From: an uncultured virus (IMG/VR IMGVR_UViG_3300031847_000001)
Lineage: Duplodnaviria; Heunggongvirae; Uroviricota; Caudoviricetes
Reading direction: 5' to 3' (one strand)
Virus record (IMG/VR): IMGVR_UViG_3300031847_000001
Length of the DNA stretch: 64,000 nt
The position numbers and the translations under genes were made by a program. The notes under the pieces were generated by a model. It was not told where the DNA came from. It saw only the letters and a list, made by a program, of their open reading frames with translations, and did no database searches. Below, in pieces: positions 46,373-55,036 of this stretch. How positions within the stretch are numbered: the first letter of the stretch is position 1; every line of letters begins with the position of its first letter.

Positions 46373-46936
46373 AAAACTTTGCTGTGCGCTGCGCCGCTTT
46401 GCCATGCATCGCTCTACGACGCGCCGCGAAGTTTGAAGTCTCAACGACTCCCCGATTGAACCTGTAGGGTTCGCACGGGCAATCGTGGATCGCTCTTTGG
46501 TTTGCTTTGCGCCGCGCTGCCTGACTTTGCGGCACGATGCTTGGCCCCGCCTTACCAGGCATAGCATCAAGTTGAAAAGAACTTTTCAGCTCACGGAACG
46601 ACTCGGAAAGTCGAACCGTCAGCCGAAGCTGACTTCGCTATGCGGTACCGTGCCGATGCAACGCATTACGGTGCCTTGCCTTGCCGGGCTCGGCGCAGCA
46701 CCACTACGAACGGAGCCTCAACGACTCCCGGATCAGGCCGTCAGCCTTCACCGGCAATTGCCGAGATTGCTCATTGGTTTGCCTTGCCTTGCCTGGCCCC
46801 GCGAATCGAAGCGATGCTGGGAATAGAGCCTTTCGGCTCACGGAACGGCTCTGAGAACCGAACCGTCAACCGAAGTTGATCTACGCAACGCCGGGCAAAA
46901 CACTGCCGCGCGCCACGGCGCAATATCTTGCTTCGT
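46373..46936 (-). ncRNA. Array of five 5-nt-periodic (GY-NNN) tracts separated by two alternating structured linkers; candidate guide-RNA array
   Basis: Tracts at 46373-46427, 46501-46565, 46629-46704, 46778-46817 and 46882-46936; two copies each of linker A and linker B, with compensatory changes and cUUCGg/GAAA loops on the - strand. Confidence 0.8.
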
Positions 46937-46942
46937 TGCATT

Positions 46943-47524
46943 TCAAAGAACTCGAAACTTCCCAAACCATCCGTTTTTCGCCGGACGGTACGAACCAATA
47001 CCGATGCGCTTCCCGGCGTCATTTAGAACCGCCGTCAGCGTGTCCCGCACATCATCATCGGGCATGTTCTTGAACAACTCATCATCAAGGATGAGTGAGA
47101 AATTAAGCCGCCAGCCTGTCGGGTACTTCGGGCGGTGAACGATGATTGCGCCTTTGGTGTTTTTGTTGACGGCGCGCCTTGTGTCGATCGCGTAGTCCGT
47201 CACGGGTGAGCCGTCGCGCTCGATGGACAAAAACTCCATTGGGGCGATTTCCATCCCCTGCAAGAGTCTGGCGAGGGAATAGCGTTTCTTCGGCACCTTG
47301 AAGTCGCTGGCAGCCGCGATCACTGTTCCCCTGACTGCTAGGGAAGGAATGCCACAAGAGCCATCCGCAAGCCGGTAGCAAGCCAGTTCTGCGACTTCCT
47401 CTCTTGTCGGCTCTTTTTTGCCGCCCTTTACTGGCGCGCCGCCCTGTCCGGCAGATATGAACATTGAGATTGGGTTGTGGGTCATGAGGTCACTGACCCC
47501 TTCAATCGTGAAATCCAGTTTCAT
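46943..47524 (-). CDS. Solo Cas7/RAMP-like protein
   Basis: N-terminal strand F.IEG.S.L..HN, GIPSLAVRGTVI helix, HRP...GW.L.F.L, C-terminal Gly-rich loop AGKRIGIGSYRP..NGWFGKF; SD AAGGAG. Confidence 0.75.
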   Translation of the reverse strand: MKLDFTIEGVSDLMTHNPISMFISAGQGGAPVKGGKKEPTREEVAELACYRLADGSCGIPSLAVRGTVIAAASDFKVPKKRYSLARLLQGMEIAPMEFLSIERDGSPVTDYAIDTRRAVNKNTKGAIIVHRPKYPTGWRLNFSLILDDELFKNMPDDDVRDTLTAVLNDAGKRIGIGSYRPAKNGWFGKFRVL

Positions 47525-47583
47525 AAATCTCCTTTTGCTTCGCGTTGTTTTATTGACTACTGCGTCAAAATCACTACACCAAT

Positions 47584-47612
47584 GTTATAGCACCGACGAC
47601 TTCGTGCGTCAA
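47584..47612 (-). promoter_or_regulatory. sigma70 promoter for the RAMP operon
   Basis: TTGACG-17 bp-TATAAC. Confidence 0.75.
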
Positions 47613-47770
47613 CAATTTATGCTATATGACGCCTCAAAAAATGTTCTTTGGTGGTTGGACAGGTGAGGCTGCCAAGTGGTCGTCAGGCTTCGATGTTGTC
47701 TAAGACAAAATGATCGGCGTACAATCCGCCCGCCCCTGTGTTCCATCTAAACCCTATAGGAGACTCTCCA

Positions 47771-48211
47771 ATGAAAAACATCATCGCATCCATTTGCCTC
47801 AGCTTTTTGCTCGTTCCATGTGTCGCCCAGGAAGAGAAACCCAAGCCTCGGGTGTTTATCACCGACAGCCAGTCGTGGGAGATCGCAGGCGGATTTAGCG
47901 GGAATAGGGATGCTGCCGCTGGAAGCGTCCGGGGTGGCGCCCGACCGCAAACGGCTGAGATCGTCAAAACCTTCGGCGAGAAGTGCCCGGATGTCATTGT
48001 GACGATGAAGCCAGAAGCCGCCGATTACGTTGTAATGATCGAACGTGAAGGAGCCAAGGCGCTCTATCTCAAGGACAACAAATTCGCAGTCTTCAAGGCG
48101 GACGGCGATTCGATCAAGGCCGGCTCGACCCGGACGATGGGCGGTGCGGTCAAAGACGCCTGCGGGGCGCTCGTGAAGGACTGGCAGGACAGGTCAGGAA
48201 AGGCCAAGTGA
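47771..48211 (+). CDS. Secreted/periplasmic protein (moron)
   Basis: Signal peptide MKNIIASICLSFLLVPCVA; GGARPQTAEIVKTFGEKCP; SD AGGAG. Confidence 0.75.
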   Translation: MKNIIASICLSFLLVPCVAQEEKPKPRVFITDSQSWEIAGGFSGNRDAAAGSVRGGARPQTAEIVKTFGEKCPDVIVTMKPEAADYVVMIEREGAKALYLKDNKFAVFKADGDSIKAGSTRTMGGAVKDACGALVKDWQDRSGKAK

Positions 48212-48511
48212 GCGACGCTATGTGACATAGCGCACATATAATCTCAAGGTTTCCTCAACCGGCCTCTGGCAAAAGTAGATCAGATCATGAGACATGCGGA
48301 CGCTCCCTGACGTAGACACGCTAAAACTTTGCCGATTTGCGGGAAAAATATTTTTCCAGTGAAATTTCTGGCGACAAAGTTGCACCCAAAAGCCTCATCT
48401 ATTGTAGCAATGTGCTACGAACGGTGATACCATCAACCTACCTCACCCCACCGAGAGGTATGCCCCGGATTGATGGACTAGGTATAAGTACAGCGTGGCC
48501 TCCGTACGCCT

Positions 48512-48820
48512 ATGCCTCACGATGACAACAAAAAAAACGAAAGGAACAGAGCTGCTATGGCTATTGTCGAAGAGTCTCGTTATCCCACCCCATTATCCGC
48601 TAAGCTGCAAAACCAGATTGAAAAACTCGTTGAGACAACCGTTGCTGAGGTACCAGAGCCGCACAGGACCGGGATGAATCTCAAGATGCGATCCCAGGCG
48701 CAAGAACTCGTAAAAGGAATCCTTGCCGAAGTGTCAGAGATGTACAGGGAAGGGTTGACTCAACAGGTCGCCCTACTGACCAAAGAGAACCAAGACTTAA
48801 AAGAGCGCCTGAATTTGTAG
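48512..48820 (+). CDS. Hypothetical helical protein
   Basis: 102-aa ORF convergent with the repressor. Confidence 0.5.
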   Translation: MPHDDNKKNERNRAAMAIVEESRYPTPLSAKLQNQIEKLVETTVAEVPEPHRTGMNLKMRSQAQELVKGILAEVSEMYREGLTQQVALLTKENQDLKERLNL

Positions 48821-48896
48821 AAGAATAACCCACACTTCATCCTCCGGCCGCAGGGCCGTATAAGTTGGTAAAGTTGACAAAAAAGGAAAAGCGGGC

Positions 48897-49337
48897 CTAC
48901 CTTTTGGCCCGCTTTTCCTTTTTCAACTGTTCGAACTCGTAAGCTCGCGCAACCTGGCGCGCAATGTCTTCTTGTATTTCGCGTGGTAGTTCGTTGAAGT
49001 GGCGCATTGAGTCGGGAAGGCTGGCGGGCTCCTGATCCACCGCAAAACCGGCCAATTTGCGAACGTAATCAATCTCAGATGAAGTGATATAGCCGAGCGC
49101 TCGAGCGATCCGGGGAATTGTCATGGATTTCGTCGGCTCCCCGCCTTCGATCCTTGACCACGTAACGCGGGACAGTCCGGCTTTCCGTCCCGCTTCCAGT
49201 TGCGTCATCCTCAGCGTTTCTCTCTTCTCTTTTACCCATCCTCCGAATCTAGTCCACCTCTCAGCTTCCCTTTGGAAGTCTCCTTCATCCACGCGTCCGG
49301 CTTGTGTGGACTTTCTCACCTGGTCACTTTTTTTCAT
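48897..49337 (-). CDS. XRE-family HTH repressor (CI-like candidate)
   Basis: KRETLRMTQLEAGRKAGLSRVTWSRIEGG..IARALG; adjacent to integrase. Confidence 0.8.
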   Translation of the reverse strand: MKKSDQVRKSTQAGRVDEGDFQREAERWTRFGGWVKEKRETLRMTQLEAGRKAGLSRVTWSRIEGGEPTKSMTIPRIARALGYITSSEIDYVRKLAGFAVDQEPASLPDSMRHFNELPREIQEDIARQVARAYEFEQLKKEKRAKR

Positions 49338-49625
49338 CTCGAATCTCTCTCTTTAGTGGTTAGCGGGAATCCAGACGGTCTGGGACATCTAGGCGTGATT
49401 AGGACGCCCGCCGGGTTGGTTACTTCCTGTTGCGATCCGGCTCACTGCATAGGCAAGGGCGACATAAGCCGAGTCGTCTTCAAATCGTGCAGATATTCGC
49501 ATGGGGACGACTGGGAGGCAAGATCGATGATGCGTGAAACAACAAAATATGCTTCATGTCGCAAGGATTTACAGAGATGAAAAATACTTTAGTTTGTGAT
49601 ACATAAAGAGCTGCGGGGATAAACT

Positions 49626-49647
49626 CGTTGTATCAAATGAGGTTACA
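49626..49647. promoter_or_regulatory. Operator copy upstream of the repressor
   Basis: ATCAAATGAGGTTACA (49632-49647) is identical to 4352-4367. Confidence 0.6.
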
Positions 49648-49721
49648 CGATATATCAATCGTTCAAGCGGGACTGAAACACAGAAAATGGCCACGCAGGG
49701 AAAGCGTTTTAATCCAAGAAT

Positions 49722-50846
49722 TTAATCCGATTCACCATCTGTAGCCGGATCGCCGGGGACGGCTGGGGGACGATCAGGCGCGGGATTCAATTGCAGGAGA
49801 GAAGAGAAGACGCCATCAAGTTGCCTTGCGCTTCCGGATAAAAAGTCCGATGACAGATGAGAATAGCGCACAGTCTGCCGGATGTCTTTATGTCCCAACA
49901 TTACAGCGATTGTGTGAATATCAACGCCTGCCATTCTCAGCCATGAGGCGTTTGTGTGTCTCAGATCGTGAAAGCGAAAGTCTTCGATGCCAGCCTGCCC
50001 GCATGCTCGCATGAACGCTATCGTAACTTGCCCTCCGGTTATGCCCGGAAAGATTCGCCCCAGGCTTCCTTTGCCGAAGTGCAGGGCTGCCATTTCCAGC
50101 CCAAGTATTCCGATGTCGTTCAAATGAACGGTCAGATATTCGTTGCCTTTGGTTTTCTCAATTGCCAGCCGGCGCACTCGCTCGTAATACTGAGACCACC
50201 TTAATTGAACGATATTATTGCGGCGCAACCCTGTTGCGGTCGCCAAAACCACGATAGGTTTTAGCCAGTCAGGACAGTGACTGATCAAATCAAGCAGCTC
50301 ATCCGGATTCAAATATCGCACACGCCCAGGCGGTAGTTTTACGCCTAGCGTTTTCAGCGTGAGAGTTTTCGCTGGACTCTCAGGGATCAAACCCCACTCT
50401 TCATGAGCCAGGCGCAGGATATGCTTGAGGCAGAGGAATTCCTGCCGGACAGATCCTGGCGACACTTGATTTAAACGATCAGTGACAAAACTTGAGATCC
50501 GCGCGCGCGTAATGGCGCCAATTTTCCCTTTAAAGGCGGGCTTCAGGTGCAGTCTGCAGATGCACTCGATGCGTTCGTAGCGATTAGGGCTCACCCGAGG
50601 CTTTTGGTAGTGTAGGTACTGGTCAGCCATCTGATCGAAGCTCATATCTGTGGGGTCGACAATGCCTAAAACCTTTTGCTTTTCGACCTTGGTGACGAGC
50701 GCCGCACGGAAACTGCGCGCCTCTGTTAAGTTCTTGGCGGAAATCTTTTTCTTTCGGCGGACACCGTTGGCATCGGTATAGCTGATAAAAAAGCCGCTGC
50801 GATCCGGTCGAGTATGAATGCCGTCCCTGTCTTTTTTCTTCGGCAT
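49722..50846 (-). CDS. int: Tyrosine recombinase/integrase
   Basis: TGLR, KTK, FHDLRH, LGH and RY catalytic motifs. Confidence 0.93.
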   Translation of the reverse strand: MPKKKDRDGIHTRPDRSGFFISYTDANGVRRKKKISAKNLTEARSFRAALVTKVEKQKVLGIVDPTDMSFDQMADQYLHYQKPRVSPNRYERIECICRLHLKPAFKGKIGAITRARISSFVTDRLNQVSPGSVRQEFLCLKHILRLAHEEWGLIPESPAKTLTLKTLGVKLPPGRVRYLNPDELLDLISHCPDWLKPIVVLATATGLRRNNIVQLRWSQYYERVRRLAIEKTKGNEYLTVHLNDIGILGLEMAALHFGKGSLGRIFPGITGGQVTIAFMRACGQAGIEDFRFHDLRHTNASWLRMAGVDIHTIAVMLGHKDIRQTVRYSHLSSDFLSGSARQLDGVFSSLLQLNPAPDRPPAVPGDPATDGESD

Positions 50847-51104
50847 GGCTGGAACTCCTTAAAATGTAACATCAATGGCGCATCGAACGATGTGGCAGGC
50901 GGGGATGGTACGGGACGGTAGGGGATTGAGTCAACGGAACGTGGCCGAAGATTGGATTTTTCTTGACCCGGTGCGGCGGGTTTTGATAGAAGTGGATTGA
51001 GGGTGAGAGGTTGAGGTTTGTGGGAATCTTAACCGCTTAAGTCCTGTATTTAACTGGGTGGCCAATCGAGCCTAATGGCAACGGCGCAATTGGCCTTTTG
51101 TTTA

Positions 51105-51593
51105 TCAGGCGGCAACGTCTTCAGTCTTAAGCTCCGGCTCCAACGCTTTCGCCACGTTTGCCCACACCTCAGCGCGATCGCCCTTGGTGTGCCACTTCTT
51201 GAGATTGGCTAGCGTCACCGGCGCTTGAACGTGCGGGCGGTCGGGCATGGACTTCCACCTACCACCCCACTCAAGCCCTAACTTTTCAGCCTCTTCTCCG
51301 ATCACGTTCCAAACCGGATGTTTATCAGGGAAGTGCGAACCGTTTACCTTTTCCTTCAGGCAGAGGTCAACGGCGGCGCCGTAATTATGGTAACTCTCGC
51401 CGCCTTTTGCGTTCGTCACCTTCGGTCCCGGCTTCGTCCTGCCTTTCGCGTACAGGGCGTTCTGTTCTTCGAATGTGCGCAGCGCCTGGGTGATCATCAG
51501 TTCAAAGCCGCGCGCTTTGACGGCCGCCATCAATTTGACGATCAGCGCGGCGAAATCAGGTTGCAGTTGTTTCAATTTCTCTTCGTCGGTCAC
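51105..51593 (-). CDS. M15-family peptidoglycan endopeptidase (L-Ala-D-Glu peptidase-like endolysin)
   Basis: RTFEEQNALY..GR..VTNA..SYHNYG.AVD, WGGRW, DRPH; GTG start with SD GAGGAG. Confidence 0.85.
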   Translation of the reverse strand: MTDEEKLKQLQPDFAALIVKLMAAVKARGFELMITQALRTFEEQNALYAKGRTKPGPKVTNAKGGESYHNYGAAVDLCLKEKVNGSHFPDKHPVWNVIGEEAEKLGLEWGGRWKSMPDRPHVQAPVTLANLKKWHTKGDRAEVWANVAKALEPELKTEDVAA

Positions 51594-51594
51594 C

Positions 51595-52023
51595 TTATCT
51601 CTCCTCTCTGGCAATGGTCTTTAATGCGGCCCGGCAGATATGCAGGCAGAACGCCTCCGTCTTGAGAAACACCCAATGCCAAGGCGTCTCATTGATATAG
51701 CGGTCGGCAAATTCCTGGCCTAAACCCTTCTTGATCATTTCGTGTTTTACCTTCCAAGCTGCAGCAATGTCGGTTGAGTAGTCAGGGACAGAGGTTTCCT
51801 CGTCGTATAGGCCATCAATGGGCATGGTGACTATGCCATCCCACAGCATAAATGCCGGGTTCGCAGTGCGGTAAACATCAGGTTCGCAAAGCCACCTCCG
51901 CCATGGTAATCCAGGCTTAGAGCTATCGCGGCTGGCTATCCACTTCCAGCCCATCACCTTCTCGGCTATCAAGGCATCCATTTCGCGCCCGGCCTCCATT
52001 CCGTCAATTTCTTCGTCGCTCAA
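51595..52023 (-). CDS. Phage ABA-sandwich (BC1872-like) domain protein
   Basis: GREMDALIAEKVMGW...VPDYSTDIAAAWKV...ICRAAL. Confidence 0.7.
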   Translation of the reverse strand: MSDEEIDGMEAGREMDALIAEKVMGWKWIASRDSSKPGLPWRRWLCEPDVYRTANPAFMLWDGIVTMPIDGLYDEETSVPDYSTDIAAAWKVKHEMIKKGLGQEFADRYINETPWHWVFLKTEAFCLHICRAALKTIAREER

Positions 52024-52683
52024 TTGGATCTCCTTTTATAGAGAAGCGGGGCGTCGGGCTCTCCATCCCACGCCCCACTTCAAATACCCGACACGAAGAC
52101 GTCACCCTCACGCAATCCACGTCTCCGCGCCAGGCATTGATAGACCACGAGGGCCTACCATCCGATAAGGCCGGACAGACATCCGACCACGTAAGTCGAA
52201 TACACGATCGCTCCACCTCCAAGCAGGGAAGCGACCGTAACCAATCTGATCTCCGATTTGTGCTCAGCCGTTGCGGCGATGGCGGTTTTGAATCTCTCAA
52301 ACATGGGACAACTCCTTTGTTGTTAATTATAGCAGCGTTTGAGGCTGCAAAGTGAGGCAAATTTTTTAGGGCGTGTTGTTTGGCCGGATGCGCGAACCCC
52401 CGCTATCTCACTATTCGTCCATATGGACCCACGCAGAATCCTGCCGCTGGATGTTCTTGGCCACAAGTCTCACATTTCACCTGGCATCACCTCCTTCCCG
52501 TTTCTTCTCACTTGTTACCTCCTCAAGCTGAGCAATGCGGGGCTTTAATTCAGTGTTGGCATTGGCTTCAGCCTCTTTATCCCATGACCAAAATGGCTTA
52601 GATTCCGAACTGCAACCCCTGTCTCTCCAATGGATTCTATTACAACTCGGACAGTGGCCATAAATATCTGCGTACATTTTGTA

Positions 52684-52923
52684 TCACCTCTTTTTCTTTC
52701 GTTCCAATTCTTCAACTTCATGCGGCCCGGGGCCATAAAGCCGCCCATTCGGATCAACCATAAGGTCATAGCTGAATGCCTTATACCCTTCATAGGCGCC
52801 GCTAACGCGCATAACGACAAGGCCACTCCGCTTGTCCAGCGAGATCGAAAAAGATTCATAGTTCTCGTCTAGGGCTTTGAGAAAGCGGCTCCGGATCTCA
52901 TCAAGGATTTGGTCTTTGCTCAT
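52684..52923 (-). CDS. Hypothetical protein
   Basis: 79-aa ORF with SD. Confidence 0.55.
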   Translation of the reverse strand: MSKDQILDEIRSRFLKALDENYESFSISLDKRSGLVVMRVSGAYEGYKAFSYDLMVDPNGRLYGPGPHEVEELERKKKR

Positions 52924-53132
52924 TTTCCTTGTCTTTTCCTTTCCGCTTCAATTTCTGCCGTGATGTGGGCACAATTGCGATGATCGTGATGGAAGCGTTT
53001 GCAGTTTGGGCAGACTCCAATCCAAGGCTCGGGTTTATAGTGCTGCCGATTTCTCTTTTGTTCTTCGGTCAGTTTTCGGTGTCGTTGTTCTTGTTGGCGC
53101 TCATGGTTTTCTCTCTTTTTCGGCCACCACCA

Positions 53133-54053
53133 TCAACCAGTGCAAACCGCCCCTAAATCGGGGACGTTTGGCTCGCAGCAACTACCACAACCCCCGCCCG
53201 AACAAGCAGGCGAGGTGTTGATCTTTCGGCGACCTGGCTTGCCGGGGTCAACTATCTCTAAAGATGGTCTGAAGTAGGTACAGGTGGCCGACTGGCAGCC
53301 AGCAGCCGGCGAGCAACTACGAGTGGATCCGGTGCGGGGAGGTGGTGGCACGGTGTAGCAAAAGGTTTGAGCCGATTTGCCGACAAACGACTTCTTGTAG
53401 AATCCAATCTGCGTCTCGCCCTGTGTGGCCTTCTTGATCCGCTCGTTTAACTTCTTCTCTTTCTCCTTGTTCTTTTCCCAAACGTCGCCCTTTTTATCGA
53501 AGTCGAATCCCCGATCCCACGCGCGGCTTTCAAATTCAACGGCGTAGAGTTCGAGAATCCCCTTGTCCCATATCTTCTGGTCGTATGGCGATGACTTCTT
53601 GAAGTGTTTGAAAGCCTCGAAGGCCAAAGGGTTATTAGAGTTAAACGTGATCACTGCGCTTTCTTTCTTGCCAATCTTCCTCTCCTCAACGTCGGGGTTG
53701 TTCTCGATCTTGAAGACCTCATCTTTGCCGTAGCCAATCCGAAACCTCTTCACCATCTCCTCGCCGTTGTGGACGATAGGGAAGTCGAGCGTGAAGGAAA
53801 GATACTTAATCTCCTCGTCCGTCTTGTTCGTGACGAAGATTTGCAGATCTCCGATCCAATCATCGCCTGCCTGAAATGGCACGCCGGATTTGATTTTCTT
53901 GCCGTTCAAATAAACCTCGATCTGCAACGGCGATTCAAGAACGGGGTCGTCTTGGATCGTCAGCACTTTTGTTCCCGCTTGCTCCTGTGCCGATGCCGAC
54001 AAGCAGAGAAACAGGGTGATTGATGCGATTGTGAATTTCAGGGCTGATTTCAT
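53133..54053 (-). CDS. Secreted protein with Cys-rich C-terminal tail (moron)
   Basis: Signal peptide ..SASA/Q; multiple Cys in the last 75 aa; own promoter. Confidence 0.75.
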   Translation of the reverse strand: MKSALKFTIASITLFLCLSASAQEQAGTKVLTIQDDPVLESPLQIEVYLNGKKIKSGVPFQAGDDWIGDLQIFVTNKTDEEIKYLSFTLDFPIVHNGEEMVKRFRIGYGKDEVFKIENNPDVEERKIGKKESAVITFNSNNPLAFEAFKHFKKSSPYDQKIWDKGILELYAVEFESRAWDRGFDFDKKGDVWEKNKEKEKKLNERIKKATQGETQIGFYKKSFVGKSAQTFCYTVPPPPRTGSTRSCSPAAGCQSATCTYFRPSLEIVDPGKPGRRKINTSPACSGGGCGSCCEPNVPDLGAVCTG

Positions 54054-54103
54054 CCGGTGTCATGCTCCTTGGTTAGTGGTTGAGTTTTGCCGAGATCGGC
54101 GCG

Positions 54104-54132
54104 AGTATGATCCCGACGTGAATTAGAGTCAA
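54104..54132 (-). promoter_or_regulatory. sigma70 promoter of the moron
   Basis: TTGACT-17 bp-CATACT. Confidence 0.6.
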
Positions 54133-54169
54133 TCGCCCCAGCCTGCGCGCCGGGTGGGGTTATGCGGTG

Positions 54170-54439
54170 TCAGTCCTTTATCGCTCCAGGCATGCGGACA
54201 TTGCTAGGTAGCGGATTGTCGGGGTCGTAATTCGGAGTGACAGCGATAGGTGCGCCCTTGTACAAATCCATCAGTTCGCACCGGATGTCGTCGCCGCCAC
54301 ATGTGCCGCAATACCAAAAGTCTAACACGGCGCACTGCTCCTCCTTCCTCTGATGGCGCTCTAATCGCAACTGCATGCGCTCAAGCATCAATCTGGACTT
54401 ACGGCCCGGCCCGTCAGGTTCATCATTCATTCTGTTCAT
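54170..54439 (-). CDS. Hypothetical protein
   Basis: ORF with SD. Confidence 0.5.
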   Translation of the reverse strand: MNRMNDEPDGPGRKSRLMLERMQLRLERHQRKEEQCAVLDFWYCGTCGGDDIRCELMDLYKGAPIAVTPNYDPDNPLPSNVRMPGAIKD

Positions 54440-54472
54440 CTTCCTCTCCTCTTCGCCCGTGCGGCGGGGCGG

Positions 54473-55036
54473 TTATGCGACATCGTACATTGCCGGATTG
54501 CTCGGCGTGACTACTGCCCCACGTTGAATCATCAGCGATGGAGCCCATTCTTGCTCAACGAATCTTTCAGCCGCTTCGCGTGGCCACGGTTCGCCCTTGT
54601 CCCAATACGTGCCTTTCGTGGCGAGATAATCAATCAACTCTTCCTTCGTGGCGAACGCGGGCGTTACCGGCGTCCCTTCGCTGACCGTCTCATAGACGGC
54701 GAAGCCTAATTCTGCGCCTTCCGGCCAACGTGGGCGGTAGTACTTAGGGTCAGGTGGTTCGCCATCCCAATCGCAAAAGGATTGGTATGGTTCATCGAGT
54801 TTGTACCCATGCTCTGGATGTTCCTCGATAGCCTTTGCCAGTTCGCCCGCTTTCCATTCCTCGAAGCCTTCCATCCAGTCCGCCCATGCCGTTTCGGCGT
54901 CCCTGTCGTAAAGCGGCTGATAACACTTGCCGCCGTTGCGTTTCGCATCATCGCATCCACCTGCCCAAGGTGAATGCCGGCAATCTCGTCTTGGATGCTC
55001 CCAATTCAATGCGACTCTTCTGATTTCTCGTCCCAT
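54473..55036 (-). CDS. Conserved phage hypothetical protein
   Basis: MGREIRRV..W...YETVSEGTPVTPAF motif; SD AAGGAG. Confidence 0.75.
   Translation of the reverse strand: MGREIRRVALNWEHPRRDCRHSPWAGGCDDAKRNGGKCYQPLYDRDAETAWADWMEGFEEWKAGELAKAIEEHPEHGYKLDEPYQSFCDWDGEPPDPKYYRPRWPEGAELGFAVYETVSEGTPVTPAFATKEELIDYLATKGTYWDKGEPWPREAAERFVEQEWAPSLMIQRGAVVTPSNPAMYDVA

Noticed and set aside
46373..46936. Canonical CRISPR array
   Set aside because: No identical 23-47 bp direct repeats with unique spacers; linkers alternate and diverge; no adaptation genes
46349..47022. ORF-track frames across the array (46349..46570, 46485..46826, 46640..46879, 46771..47022) and the N-terminal extension of 45837..46562
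   Set aside because: Low-complexity Arg/Ala/Gly read-through of period-5 repeats; the ParB-like gene has a good SD at ATG 46352
50850..51100. attP core or tRNA fragment near the integrase
   Set aside because: Plausible location, but no recognisable tRNA 3' end or repeat pair to support coordinates
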